From an uncultured Candidatus Saccharibacteria bacterium (GTDB lineage Bacteria; Patescibacteriota; Saccharimonadia; CAILAD01; BJGX01), in NCBI GenBank assembly GCA_964390265.1, contig CAYMHI010000004.1:922-64921 (forward strand): a stretch of DNA of 64,000 nucleotides, written 5' to 3'. The notes below the pieces were generated by a model. The model made no database searches. It was not told the DNA's origin and saw nothing but the letters and a program-made list of their open reading frames with translations. Shown in pieces: positions 1-8,689 of this stretch. Made by a program: the position numbers and the translations under genes. Numbering within the stretch: position 1 is the first letter of the stretch; each line of letters starts with the position of its first letter.

Positions 1-172
1 AAGAATCTACCATCATGCTACGCACGTCTTCTACTAGCTTCATAAAACAAACTTCTTTGTTGGTACCAAGCACAGAAATAATAGCTCGTTTTATTTGTCG
101 ATACTTTGTTTTTTCGATTGTTTTACCTTGTTGACCCTCAAAAGGGTGAAGCGTAGTTACGTATGCTGACAT
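1..172 (-). CDS. Conserved small protein, DUF6958-like (partial, runs off the window start)
   Basis: Not in the ORF track. ATG at 172 with AAGGAG upstream; manual translation MSAYVTTLHPFEGQQGKTIEKTKYRQIKRAIISVL..., open to the window edge. Family call from recalled TLHP-x-GKQG pattern. Confidence 0.55.
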   Translation of the reverse strand, partial: MSAYVTTLHPFEGQQGKTIEKTKYRQIKRAIISVLGTNKEVCFMKLVEDVRSMMVDS

Positions 173-281
173 TTATATAAACTCTCCTTTGTTTATATCT
201 ATTATACTCGATTACGGCCTCAAAAGATACACATTAGTAGCATTAACTAATGACCTTTTAAGTTTATAGGGCTGCATATGT

Positions 282-1142
282 CTATTTTTTGGATTTCTTT
301 TTTGTTTTTTTAGACTTGGCTTTTTTGAGCCATGCCGATTTGCCAATTTCTTTTTGGCTTACTTTGACCTTTTTGGAGAGTCTATAGATTCTAAACTTGA
401 AGTATCCACCTGCGACTAGCCATATACATATAACTGGGCCAACAAACAACCATTGATTAAATATTGAATTGATATCTTCGTATACTAAGAACGAAGACAA
501 TACTAAGACGAGCCCCGCAACTAAATTAATAAGTGCAATGTAGGTAAAGCTGCTTTGCAACTTAGGTTGCTTACGATATTTTTTAACTCCGTATATGTAT
601 ACAAGCGGTGCAGTAACCAACACAACCGCCCCTACTATAATAATGATTTTAGCCTGCATGGGTGAGACCATACTGAATATAGCCGGAAACTTATCAACAA
701 TATTTTGATAACCAAAGGCCATAGCAATAAAAATACCTAGTAGAGCACCGATAATTACTTCTAATGGCTGGTGCCCTAATATTTCGCGCATACGGGTGTA
801 CTCAGCAGCGTTTCTTAAACTACCACTGGTAGATAAGTCGGTTACTAACCTATTTAGGGTTTTAGCATTTTCACCAGCACTTCTTCTCACGCCAAAGCTA
901 TCGTACATAACAATGCCCGCAAAAACTGCTGTAAAACCAAATAGAGGAGATGCCAAGCCCCCATCTATTAGCGCCCAAGTGGCCAAGCTACAAACTACTG
1001 CCGAGTGCACACTCGGCATGCCTCCGCTGGCGTACAAATAGCGCACATTTACATCGCCTTTTATAAAAGCAAGACTAAATTTAATTAGCTGTGCAATAGC
1101 CCATGCGGCAAACGGAACATATAAATATGGTGTTATATTCAT
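282..1142 (-). CDS. Divergent PAP2 family (DUF212) membrane protein with C-terminal membrane extension
   Basis: SGGMPSVHSA, VMYDSFGVRR and LGHQPLEV motifs; extra TM helices and Lys-rich tail. Confidence 0.85.
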   Translation of the reverse strand: MNITPYLYVPFAAWAIAQLIKFSLAFIKGDVNVRYLYASGGMPSVHSAVVCSLATWALIDGGLASPLFGFTAVFAGIVMYDSFGVRRSAGENAKTLNRLVTDLSTSGSLRNAAEYTRMREILGHQPLEVIIGALLGIFIAMAFGYQNIVDKFPAIFSMVSPMQAKIIIIVGAVVLVTAPLVYIYGVKKYRKQPKLQSSFTYIALINLVAGLVLVLSSFLVYEDINSIFNQWLFVGPVICIWLVAGGYFKFRIYRLSKKVKVSQKEIGKSAWLKKAKSKKTKKKSKK

Positions 1143-1233
1143 TTTATAGCTTACCTACTTATTTTATATATATTTTAACCTGTAACGACAATACTAACAA
1201 GTCGGTAGCATGTAAACGACTAAGCTGGTTAAC

Positions 1234-3432
1234 CTATTTGCTGTATTTCTTACTCAACTGGTATAGTGCCCCGGCCAATGAAACTGCGATGACCCCAAAC
1301 AGCGGGAAGGCGTAATCACTAAATGGTCGATCGACTGGTTTTTTGTATATTAATTGGTCTGCAATGTTAGTACTAGGCTTGATTGCCGAAAGTATATTCT
1401 GCGAACTACTTAATTCTGAATTGACAGGTAGGTTACTGCCAGTCTTTACGGCCAGTGCTAATACTTTTTCTGTGTCTTGGCTGGCAATAAATTGCTGAGC
1501 AGGCTCATCGACTATGTTATTGCTTTCTAATTTTTGACTGGCTTGAGTGTTGCCAGCCGCTGTATCCATACCCAGGCTTCCCACCCAGTTGCCGAATACA
1601 TTTATAAACAATACTCCAAACCAATCCGAGATACTAAAATCTGAATTTATTATATTACCCACATTAACAGCTATTTCGGCATCGCCAGTAGTGGCATCGC
1701 CAGCCTGGGTGTTTCCCGCTACATCTGCGTTACCGCTAGTAGCCGACAACTCCAGATTATTGTTAATTGTGTTTGTAGTATCAGAGTTACTGATAGTATT
1801 GCCAGGGTGGGTCGCTGTAGAGGAGTTTTGCTCTACATCACCCGCTAGAAGCGCACTTGTAGCTCCGACAGGTGCATCCATTATAAGTCCTAGCCAGCTA
1901 CCAAATACATTTACAAAAACTAAAACGGCATTCTTGGCTATTACTTGGCGCCCGGTTAGGTTTAAAAGTGTCAATCTAGTATCTGACTTACCGGTTTTAG
2001 CGTCGCCAGCCGAAGTGTTATTTGAAACATTTGCATTACCACTCTTAGCATCGGTAGATATATTGTTGTTGATAGTTGATAGATCGTTGGTGTTACCAAC
2101 CAAGCTAGAAGTACTATCAGAATCAATGGTGTTATTTGAGCTAGGGCCTGTGTTGCTAATGCTGGCTGAATTGCCTGCTATGTCTTGCGAACCTCCGCTA
2201 GCTAGTAGTTGACTTAAGAAGTCTTTAGAGAATAGAATGTCGCCGTTAAGGTTGCCATAGATATTGATAACCCCAAAAAACGATTTGCCAGAACTAATGT
2301 ACGAGTTTATAAGATTCATTAAGTTTACCAAAACTCTAGCGTCGCCACTCTTTGCGCTACCAGCCTTAGTGTTACCAGTACAACTTTCGGCCATTCTTTC
2401 AGTACCTCCACCTGTTTCACCGCCATTTTGACTGCAACCAACAGTAGCGTCACCACTCCGAGCATCTATAACAACATTGTTATTAATGTCATTATAGTTT
2501 GATGTATTTATCATCAAATTACCATCTTTATTGTCGCTTATAGTGTTATTTGAGTTGGGTCCGGTGCCATTAATACCATATTTAGATCCACCTACACTTT
2601 TATCACTATCGTGATTTGATTTGCCGGTATCAAGCAAAATATCGCCATCAACGTCTCCGTAAAGACTCTGCATAAAGGTTAGCATTTGTCCACCACTAAC
2701 GTTCCAGGCTGAGGCTAAAAGATTGAGAATGTTGGTGAGTACATTAGCATCTCCGCTAATAGCGTCGCCACCTTCGGTGTTATTACCAACCAATGAGTTA
2801 CCAGAAATTGAGTATATATTGAAGTAGTTATTAATTTCTGCCTTAGTGTAAAGATTAAATATACCGTTCGCACTATCACTAGAGTTTACTTGATTATTTG
2901 AAAGTGGTCCTGTATTACTGATACCAACCCGGCCACCACCAGCCAATAATCCAAGCTGTTCGAGTAGACTTGGTGCAATTGGTTTGGGAGTTGGAACATA
3001 CTTGCCTTGTGCAGCATCAAACATCCACTCGGTTGTACTCCAGGTACTTGTGGCTGGGTCATAATAATAATCTGGTTTTTGTTTAGGTCGAGTTTGGTGA
3101 GTTACGGGATCCCAAATATATTGCTCGTTTTCCCAACTGCCGGTATTGGGGTTCTGCACATAAGTATGGGCATCTGCACCATTTGGTTGGGTGGGCCCTG
3201 GAGGTGTTTGAGGGCCGGTTACTGGAGCAACAGGTGTAGGTTCTGTCGGAGGGGTTGGCGCCACACTTGCATCCGAAGTAGTTGTGGTTTGCTCTGGTTC
3301 CGTAGTGTTGGCTATGGTATCGTCAGCGGCCATCACAATACTGGCCGGCTGCACTACTGCCAAAGCAAAGATCATTATGCTGAGAGTAATTTTGGTGATA
3401 ACTATTTGAATGTTTTTTGTGCTAACGATCAT
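1234..3432 (-). CDS. Large secreted, C-terminally membrane-anchored N/S/G/T-rich repeat protein
   Basis: Signal peptide, Pro/Thr linker, repeats IxxTGPxSNN and SGxAxVxxNTxxGDAxSG, C-terminal TM followed by KKYSK. Confidence 0.75.
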   Translation of the reverse strand: MIVSTKNIQIVITKITLSIMIFALAVVQPASIVMAADDTIANTTEPEQTTTTSDASVAPTPPTEPTPVAPVTGPQTPPGPTQPNGADAHTYVQNPNTGSWENEQYIWDPVTHQTRPKQKPDYYYDPATSTWSTTEWMFDAAQGKYVPTPKPIAPSLLEQLGLLAGGGRVGISNTGPLSNNQVNSSDSANGIFNLYTKAEINNYFNIYSISGNSLVGNNTEGGDAISGDANVLTNILNLLASAWNVSGGQMLTFMQSLYGDVDGDILLDTGKSNHDSDKSVGGSKYGINGTGPNSNNTISDNKDGNLMINTSNYNDINNNVVIDARSGDATVGCSQNGGETGGGTERMAESCTGNTKAGSAKSGDARVLVNLMNLINSYISSGKSFFGVINIYGNLNGDILFSKDFLSQLLASGGSQDIAGNSASISNTGPSSNNTIDSDSTSSLVGNTNDLSTINNNISTDAKSGNANVSNNTSAGDAKTGKSDTRLTLLNLTGRQVIAKNAVLVFVNVFGSWLGLIMDAPVGATSALLAGDVEQNSSTATHPGNTISNSDTTNTINNNLELSATSGNADVAGNTQAGDATTGDAEIAVNVGNIINSDFSISDWFGVLFINVFGNWVGSLGMDTAAGNTQASQKLESNNIVDEPAQQFIASQDTEKVLALAVKTGSNLPVNSELSSSQNILSAIKPSTNIADQLIYKKPVDRPFSDYAFPLFGVIAVSLAGALYQLSKKYSK

Positions 3433-3485
3433 TTGCTTGAATCCTTTTTCTAGTATTGATAATAATTTAGATAATTGCTGGCGGG

Positions 3486-3512
3486 CTTAAGAATCAATAA
3501 ATGATTCTTAAG
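3486..3512 (-). terminator. Intergenic hairpin (terminator or 3' stabiliser) downstream of the 189 aa repeat gene
   Basis: CTTAAGAATCA-ataaa-TGATTCTTAAG, a perfect 11 bp stem; no clear U-tract. Confidence 0.55.
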
Positions 3513-3544
3513 TACCCTACCAATTTCTCAATTTATACCAAGTT

Positions 3545-4114
3545 CTAGTTTGAAATAGAGCTTGTAGTTGAGAATGTACTTGTGTTACTTACACTTCCTG
3601 AAACGGCAGAACCGCCAGTAGTGTTACCACTAACGTTTGCACTACCACTCGAACCATTTTGGCTGTTTGTGTTAGTCACGCTAACAGTATTAACGTTAGT
3701 TACTACACTGTTGTAAGTGTTGTTGTAGCTAACTTGGTTGTTAGAGTTTGGTCCTGTAACGTTAATGCTTGTGCTGTTAGGAGCCATCGCTGGTCCACTT
3801 ACACCACCTGCATTGCTTACGCTAAACACAGTTGAAGCCATAGCTGCGTTGTTAACACCTCCGCTCATAGCTGATCCACCAGTTGTGTTACCGCTAACGT
3901 TTGCACTACCACTTGTACCGCTTTGGTTGTTGTTATTTACACCAAGTGCAGTATTTGCGTTGGTTTTAACAGATGCCCAAGTGTTGCTTTCAGCAACTTG
4001 GTTGTTTGAGCTAGGCCCAGTTGTACCAATGACCACCGAGCTAGCTGAAACAACTCCTGCTGTTAAGCCTAGAGTAGCTACAGTAACTGCCAATGTTTGT
4101 AATACTTTCTTCAT
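3545..4114 (-). CDS. Secreted two-repeat N/S/T/G-rich protein (candidate fibre subunit)
   Basis: Signal peptide, then two ~77 aa repeats each with TGPxSNNQV and SGSANVSGNTTGGSAxSG; strong SD AAGGAGGTG; no anchor. Confidence 0.8.
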   Translation of the reverse strand: MKKVLQTLAVTVATLGLTAGVVSASSVVIGTTGPSSNNQVAESNTWASVKTNANTALGVNNNNQSGTSGSANVSGNTTGGSAMSGGVNNAAMASTVFSVSNAGGVSGPAMAPNSTSINVTGPNSNNQVSYNNTYNSVVTNVNTVSVTNTNSQNGSSGSANVSGNTTGGSAVSGSVSNTSTFSTTSSISN

Positions 4115-4140
4115 AATTTTTCACCTCCTTTCAATTTTTT

Positions 4141-4298
4141 GAGACCTACAGCAATAAAAGCGTCTGTATAATATGCTATTTTGCAATACGATTTTACAGG
4201 CAATCATATTGCGGTAGGTCTCTAGATTTCGGGCTATTGAAACCCGATCATATTAGACTTTCTATAATCTAGTGTGATCGAGCTTCAATAATACCCGA
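4141..4298. other. Two long imperfect inverted repeats in the intergenic region
   Basis: GAGACCTACAGCAATA (4141) pairs with TATTGCGGTAGGTCTC (to 4222); a second ~30 bp imperfect stem spans 4229-4298. Confidence 0.7.
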
Positions 4299-4329
4299 TA
4301 GCTTTTATTGACTTGTTAACTTGCGATTT

Positions 4330-4947
4330 TTAGAATTTAACGTATAGTGTACCGGCTTTGTATTTGCTGTAAACATAGGTTGCACCTATTGCGCTTGCAA
4401 AAGCTAAAATGCTAGGAACCCAGCTCCAATTGGTAGTTGATGCTGGTCTTTGACCAATAACACCCGTTCTTGCGTTCATTAAGGCTTTCATTAAGTCGCT
4501 TAGACTTCCACCGCCAGTTTTGGGTAGAGTTGTGACAGATTGACCCAAAGTTGCGACTGAGCCAGCTCCTTCACCACCTGCTCCGGTAATTGCGCTTGGG
4601 TTTTCTGTAACTCCAGCACCCGAGCCACCAACTGCAGGACCGCCGTTGTTTATGCTAACCGCGGTGCTGGTATTGAATGAATTATTTACATTTCCGCTAA
4701 TAGCGTCGCCACCAGTGGTGTTGTCGTTTACATTCGCATTACCACTTGTTCCAGTCTGCACATTGCTAGTTGATACAAATACAGAGTTGGTGTTAGTTTC
4801 GGTCTGAATAAAAGTATTTGTTACTGTACTTATATTTGTGCTTCCAGGGCCAGTATTGGTAATAGTGGTTGTGTCGGCATGCGCTACGCCAGACATGGCC
4901 AAAGGCAGTACCAAGCCGCTTAATAATATTGCTAGTTTATGTTTCAT
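4330..4947 (-). CDS. Secreted one-repeat protein with LPKTG motif and C-terminal TM
   Basis: Signal peptide ending AHA, NTGPGSTN...SGNANVNDNTTGGDAISG repeat, LPKTG, hydrophobic helix and basic tail; SD AGGAGG. Confidence 0.75.
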   Translation of the reverse strand: MKHKLAILLSGLVLPLAMSGVAHADTTTITNTGPGSTNISTVTNTFIQTETNTNSVFVSTSNVQTGTSGNANVNDNTTGGDAISGNVNNSFNTSTAVSINNGGPAVGGSGAGVTENPSAITGAGGEGAGSVATLGQSVTTLPKTGGGSLSDLMKALMNARTGVIGQRPASTTNWSWVPSILAFASAIGATYVYSKYKAGTLYVKF

Positions 4948-4956
4948 AATTTCCTC

Positions 4957-5832
4957 CTAAATAATTAATTGTTTTATTTGTATATTTGTTGTTACAAAAA
5001 AGGAGCTTGCAGAATAATATGCAAACTCACTTTTTGTAACAGCAAAAACCATACTCATACTATCTACGTCTGAGCGAGCCGCGTTGCTAAACCCATTCTT
5101 ACGCCAAAACCGCAGAAGCAAACCCATCACAATCAAAGTCAACACTCCAAGCATATGTAGTGCTGCAGATTGTGGCACTCTATCAGCAGAAGAAAATTGT
5201 GCAATTGTGCCCAATGCTGTAATGCTGGCTTCTATAGTTATAAACTGACCGGCCTGAAATACAGCGGCAAACATTCGAAGCACTAGACTAGTACCGTCTA
5301 AAGGTAGATTGTTCGGTACAGGATTAGCACCACTAGAAGCTTGGCTTTGCATAGTATTTGGCAATGCATTGGCACCATCTAAATTGGAGTTGTAAGATGA
5401 AGAGTCTTGATAATATTGCATATAGGCTGGGTAAGAATTGATGTGGTTTGCCTGTGCTGATCGATCAACAGCTTGGTGTGAAGATGGCAAATTGTTACTA
5501 GAACTGTTCTCGGTCACCGACAGCACACCTGCAGTTGTGACAACAGACGAATCATTTGCCTCAACAATGCTGTTGTCTGGCAAATATGACACATTACCAG
5601 CCTGCGTAGATATACTACTAGCGGTAAAAGATTCAATAATAGATTGCTCTGAGGATTGTACAATTGTTTCTGAGCTTTGCTGCGAAACACTGCTCGTCAC
5701 TTGAGTTGATGAGTCGGTGCTATTAACATCATTTTCTGTTTGCGAGGCTGCTAAAGCTTTGCCGCTCAAAGCGAGCAGACAAGCTGAAGCTATTAGCATC
5801 AGAAGCAAAAAACGAGTTGTACGAACTAACAT
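4957..5832 (-). CDS. Ser/Thr-rich secreted or membrane hypothetical protein
   Basis: Signal peptide, low-complexity S/T/Q region, late TM; first gene of the repeat-protein operon. Confidence 0.6.
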   Translation of the reverse strand: MLVRTTRFLLLMLIASACLLALSGKALAASQTENDVNSTDSSTQVTSSVSQQSSETIVQSSEQSIIESFTASSISTQAGNVSYLPDNSIVEANDSSVVTTAGVLSVTENSSSNNLPSSHQAVDRSAQANHINSYPAYMQYYQDSSSYNSNLDGANALPNTMQSQASSGANPVPNNLPLDGTSLVLRMFAAVFQAGQFITIEASITALGTIAQFSSADRVPQSAALHMLGVLTLIVMGLLLRFWRKNGFSNAARSDVDSMSMVFAVTKSEFAYYSASSFFVTTNIQIKQLII

Positions 5833-6103
5833 AAATCACTCCCCAATTAAATTAGTTTACTTGTAGCTTTATTGTTTAAAGTTTTTTGTTGTATATATCT
5901 ATTTTATTTATTTTTAATACTATTATTAAGAAATTTTGAGCTCAACATTTTTGTCTTATAATTTAGTTATACTCCCGCCGTGCAATTACTGTCAATAGTA
6001 TTTTATGTAATTAGTAAAACTAAATCATGACTAACTAAATCATAGACAAATTAGTCAGTAACCGACATATTCTAATTGCGTGCCTATTAGTTAATTGGCA
6101 AAT

Positions 6104-8686
6104 TTATTTTTTAGTATTAGTATTTTTTTTACTATCAGTTTCTAAAGATTCTTTAGATGTTTCTTCGGCCATCTCTTCAGCTTTAACTTTTTGCAGAAGT
6201 GCCACTGAGGCGATTTGATCATCGCCATTTAAACGCATAATTCTAACACCCTGTGTAGCTCGCCCAATTATAGGAATGGCGCTAAGTTTGAGGCGAATCA
6301 CTTGGCCTTGCTTAGAGATCAACAAAACATCGTCGCTCAAGTCAGGAGCTATCCGCACGTCAATAGCTTGGCCGGTTTTGGCTGTAGCTACGCCGGCTTT
6401 AATTCCTACGCCACCACGATTGTGACTGCTAAACTGTTGAGATTTAGTAATCTTGCCATATCCGTTCTCCATCACAACTAGCAGCAATCCCTCTTCTTTA
6501 CCTAACACATCCATACCTACCACAGAGTCGCCGGCTCTTAGTCGTATACCACGCACGCCACGAGTGGCACGACCCATAGGCCGAGCGTCAGCTTCTTTAA
6601 ATCTTATAGCTTGAGCCTTGGCAGTGGAGATAATTACGTCATCGCCGTCGGTGGTTTTCTTCACCCATCTAAGTTGATCGCCAGTATCAAGTTTGATGCA
6701 AATTATTCCGCTTTGGCGAATATTGGCAAAGTCTTCTATTTTGGTTTTCTTTATTACCCCTTTGCTGGTGGTCATAAATAAGAACTGAGTAGGTTCATCT
6801 TTTTGAAGGCTAAGCATAGAGGTAACTTTTTCTTCGGGACCTAGGTTTATTATGTTAACTATAGATTGACCCTTGGCGGTGCGGCTGGCTGGTGGAATCT
6901 CATAACCTTTAAGCTTAAATACACGCCCCAAACTGGTGAAGAATAATACCGTATCGTGCGTTTTACATTGCAATACGTGTTCTACCACATCTTCTTCTTT
7001 GGTGGCCATACCAATCTTGCCTTTACCACCACGCCCCTGGCTTTGATAGGTATCGGCCGAAATACGCTTAACGTAGTTGCCCTTAGTAAGACTTACTACT
7101 ACTTCTTCGTCCGGAATAAGATCTTCATCGCTAAAGTTACCAATTGCTTTTTTGATTATTTGAGTTCGGCGTTTGTCGCCAAATTTTTCTTTTAGCTCAA
7201 TAAGCTCTTCGGAAATTACTTTAAGAATATTTGCTTCGCTACTCAATATTTCTTTGAGCTTGGCCATCACTTTTTGCAACTCATTATACTCATCTTCTAT
7301 TTTCTTACGCTCAAGACCAGCCAATGTACGCAAAGGCATCGCCAAAATGGCATTGGCTTGTAACTCTGAGAGTTTAAATTTGGACATTAAGTTGGTGCGT
7401 GCTTCATCTTGTGTTTCAGATGCTCTAATTGTACTTATTACTTTATCTATCTGGTCTAAAGCGATTCGTAAACCTTCAAGAATGTGAGCCCTAGCTTCAG
7501 CCTTACGTAATTCAAATTCGGTACGACGACGCACCATTACTTTGCGGTGTTCTAGGTAATAACGCAGCACCATCTCAATATTTAGAACGCGAGGCTGAAT
7601 ACCGTCTACCAATGCTAGCATATTGACGTGAAAAGCCGTTTGCATAGGTGTCATTTTATACAATTGGTTGAGAATCTTGGTTGCATAGGCGTCTTTTTTC
7701 AGCTCTATTACTACTCGCACTTCTTCTCTGGCCGACTCATCTCGCAAATCAGAAATGCCAACAATTTTTTTGTCACGCACTAGATCGGCAATTTTTTCTA
7801 CCAGTGTTGCCTTGTTGGTTTGGTAGGGTACCTCGGTGATAATTATTTTCTCTCTACCCTTTTTGTCTTGTTCGATTTCTGCAACAGCCCGCATAACTAT
7901 CGAGCCTTTACCGGTTCCATAAGCGTGAGCAATAGCACCATCGTCAAATATCACCCCGCCGGTAGGGAAGTCGGGGCCTTTAATGATTTTACAAAGGTCA
8001 GCGACAGTTGTGTCTGGATTATCAATAATTGCCAATACACCATCTATTACTTCAGCCATGTTGTGCGTTGGAATGTTGGTTGCCATACCAACAGCAATAC
8101 CTTGTACGCCATTAATTAGTAAATTGGGTACTTTAGCAGGTAATACCTTTGGTTCGTGCTGTGAGCCGTCATAGTTGGGCATGAATTCTACAGTCTCTTT
8201 GTCTATATCTAGCAACATTTCCTCGGCAACACGAGTCATACGTGCTTCGGTATAACGCATAGCGGCAGCACCATCGCCATCCATATTGCCAAAGTTACCC
8301 TGTCCATCAACCGTTGGGTAACGCATTACCCAGTCTTGGGCCATACGTACCATGGAGTCATAGATTGCGGTATCGCCATGAGGGTGATATTTACCAATTA
8401 CTTCACCAACGATGGTGGCAGATTTACGATATTTTACATTATGACGAAGGCCAAGTGTTCCCATAGCATAAAGAATTCGTCTATGTACTGGCTTAAGACC
8501 ATCACGTACATCTGGTAAGGCGCGTGATACAATAACACTCATTGCATACTCAAGATAGCTTTTTTCCATCTCAGACTCTACAGTCTTCGGGGCTATTAGT
8601 CCAAATTCTGTCTTTTGGGGCTCAAAGTTTTGGTCGTCAAAGACTTCAAGTGGTTCTTCAATTGGTGGGTTGGTTTCTTTGCTCAT
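6104..8686 (-). CDS. gyrA: DNA gyrase subunit A
   Basis: RALPDVRDGLKPVHRR, YHPHGD, AAMRYTE catalytic Tyr, GyrA-box QGRGGKG, C-terminal pinwheel repeats. Confidence 0.98.
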   Translation of the reverse strand: MSKETNPPIEEPLEVFDDQNFEPQKTEFGLIAPKTVESEMEKSYLEYAMSVIVSRALPDVRDGLKPVHRRILYAMGTLGLRHNVKYRKSATIVGEVIGKYHPHGDTAIYDSMVRMAQDWVMRYPTVDGQGNFGNMDGDGAAAMRYTEARMTRVAEEMLLDIDKETVEFMPNYDGSQHEPKVLPAKVPNLLINGVQGIAVGMATNIPTHNMAEVIDGVLAIIDNPDTTVADLCKIIKGPDFPTGGVIFDDGAIAHAYGTGKGSIVMRAVAEIEQDKKGREKIIITEVPYQTNKATLVEKIADLVRDKKIVGISDLRDESAREEVRVVIELKKDAYATKILNQLYKMTPMQTAFHVNMLALVDGIQPRVLNIEMVLRYYLEHRKVMVRRRTEFELRKAEARAHILEGLRIALDQIDKVISTIRASETQDEARTNLMSKFKLSELQANAILAMPLRTLAGLERKKIEDEYNELQKVMAKLKEILSSEANILKVISEELIELKEKFGDKRRTQIIKKAIGNFSDEDLIPDEEVVVSLTKGNYVKRISADTYQSQGRGGKGKIGMATKEEDVVEHVLQCKTHDTVLFFTSLGRVFKLKGYEIPPASRTAKGQSIVNIINLGPEEKVTSMLSLQKDEPTQFLFMTTSKGVIKKTKIEDFANIRQSGIICIKLDTGDQLRWVKKTTDGDDVIISTAKAQAIRFKEADARPMGRATRGVRGIRLRAGDSVVGMDVLGKEEGLLLVVMENGYGKITKSQQFSSHNRGGVGIKAGVATAKTGQAIDVRIAPDLSDDVLLISKQGQVIRLKLSAIPIIGRATQGVRIMRLNGDDQIASVALLQKVKAEEMAEETSKESLETDSKKNTNTKK

Positions 8687-8689
8687 AGT

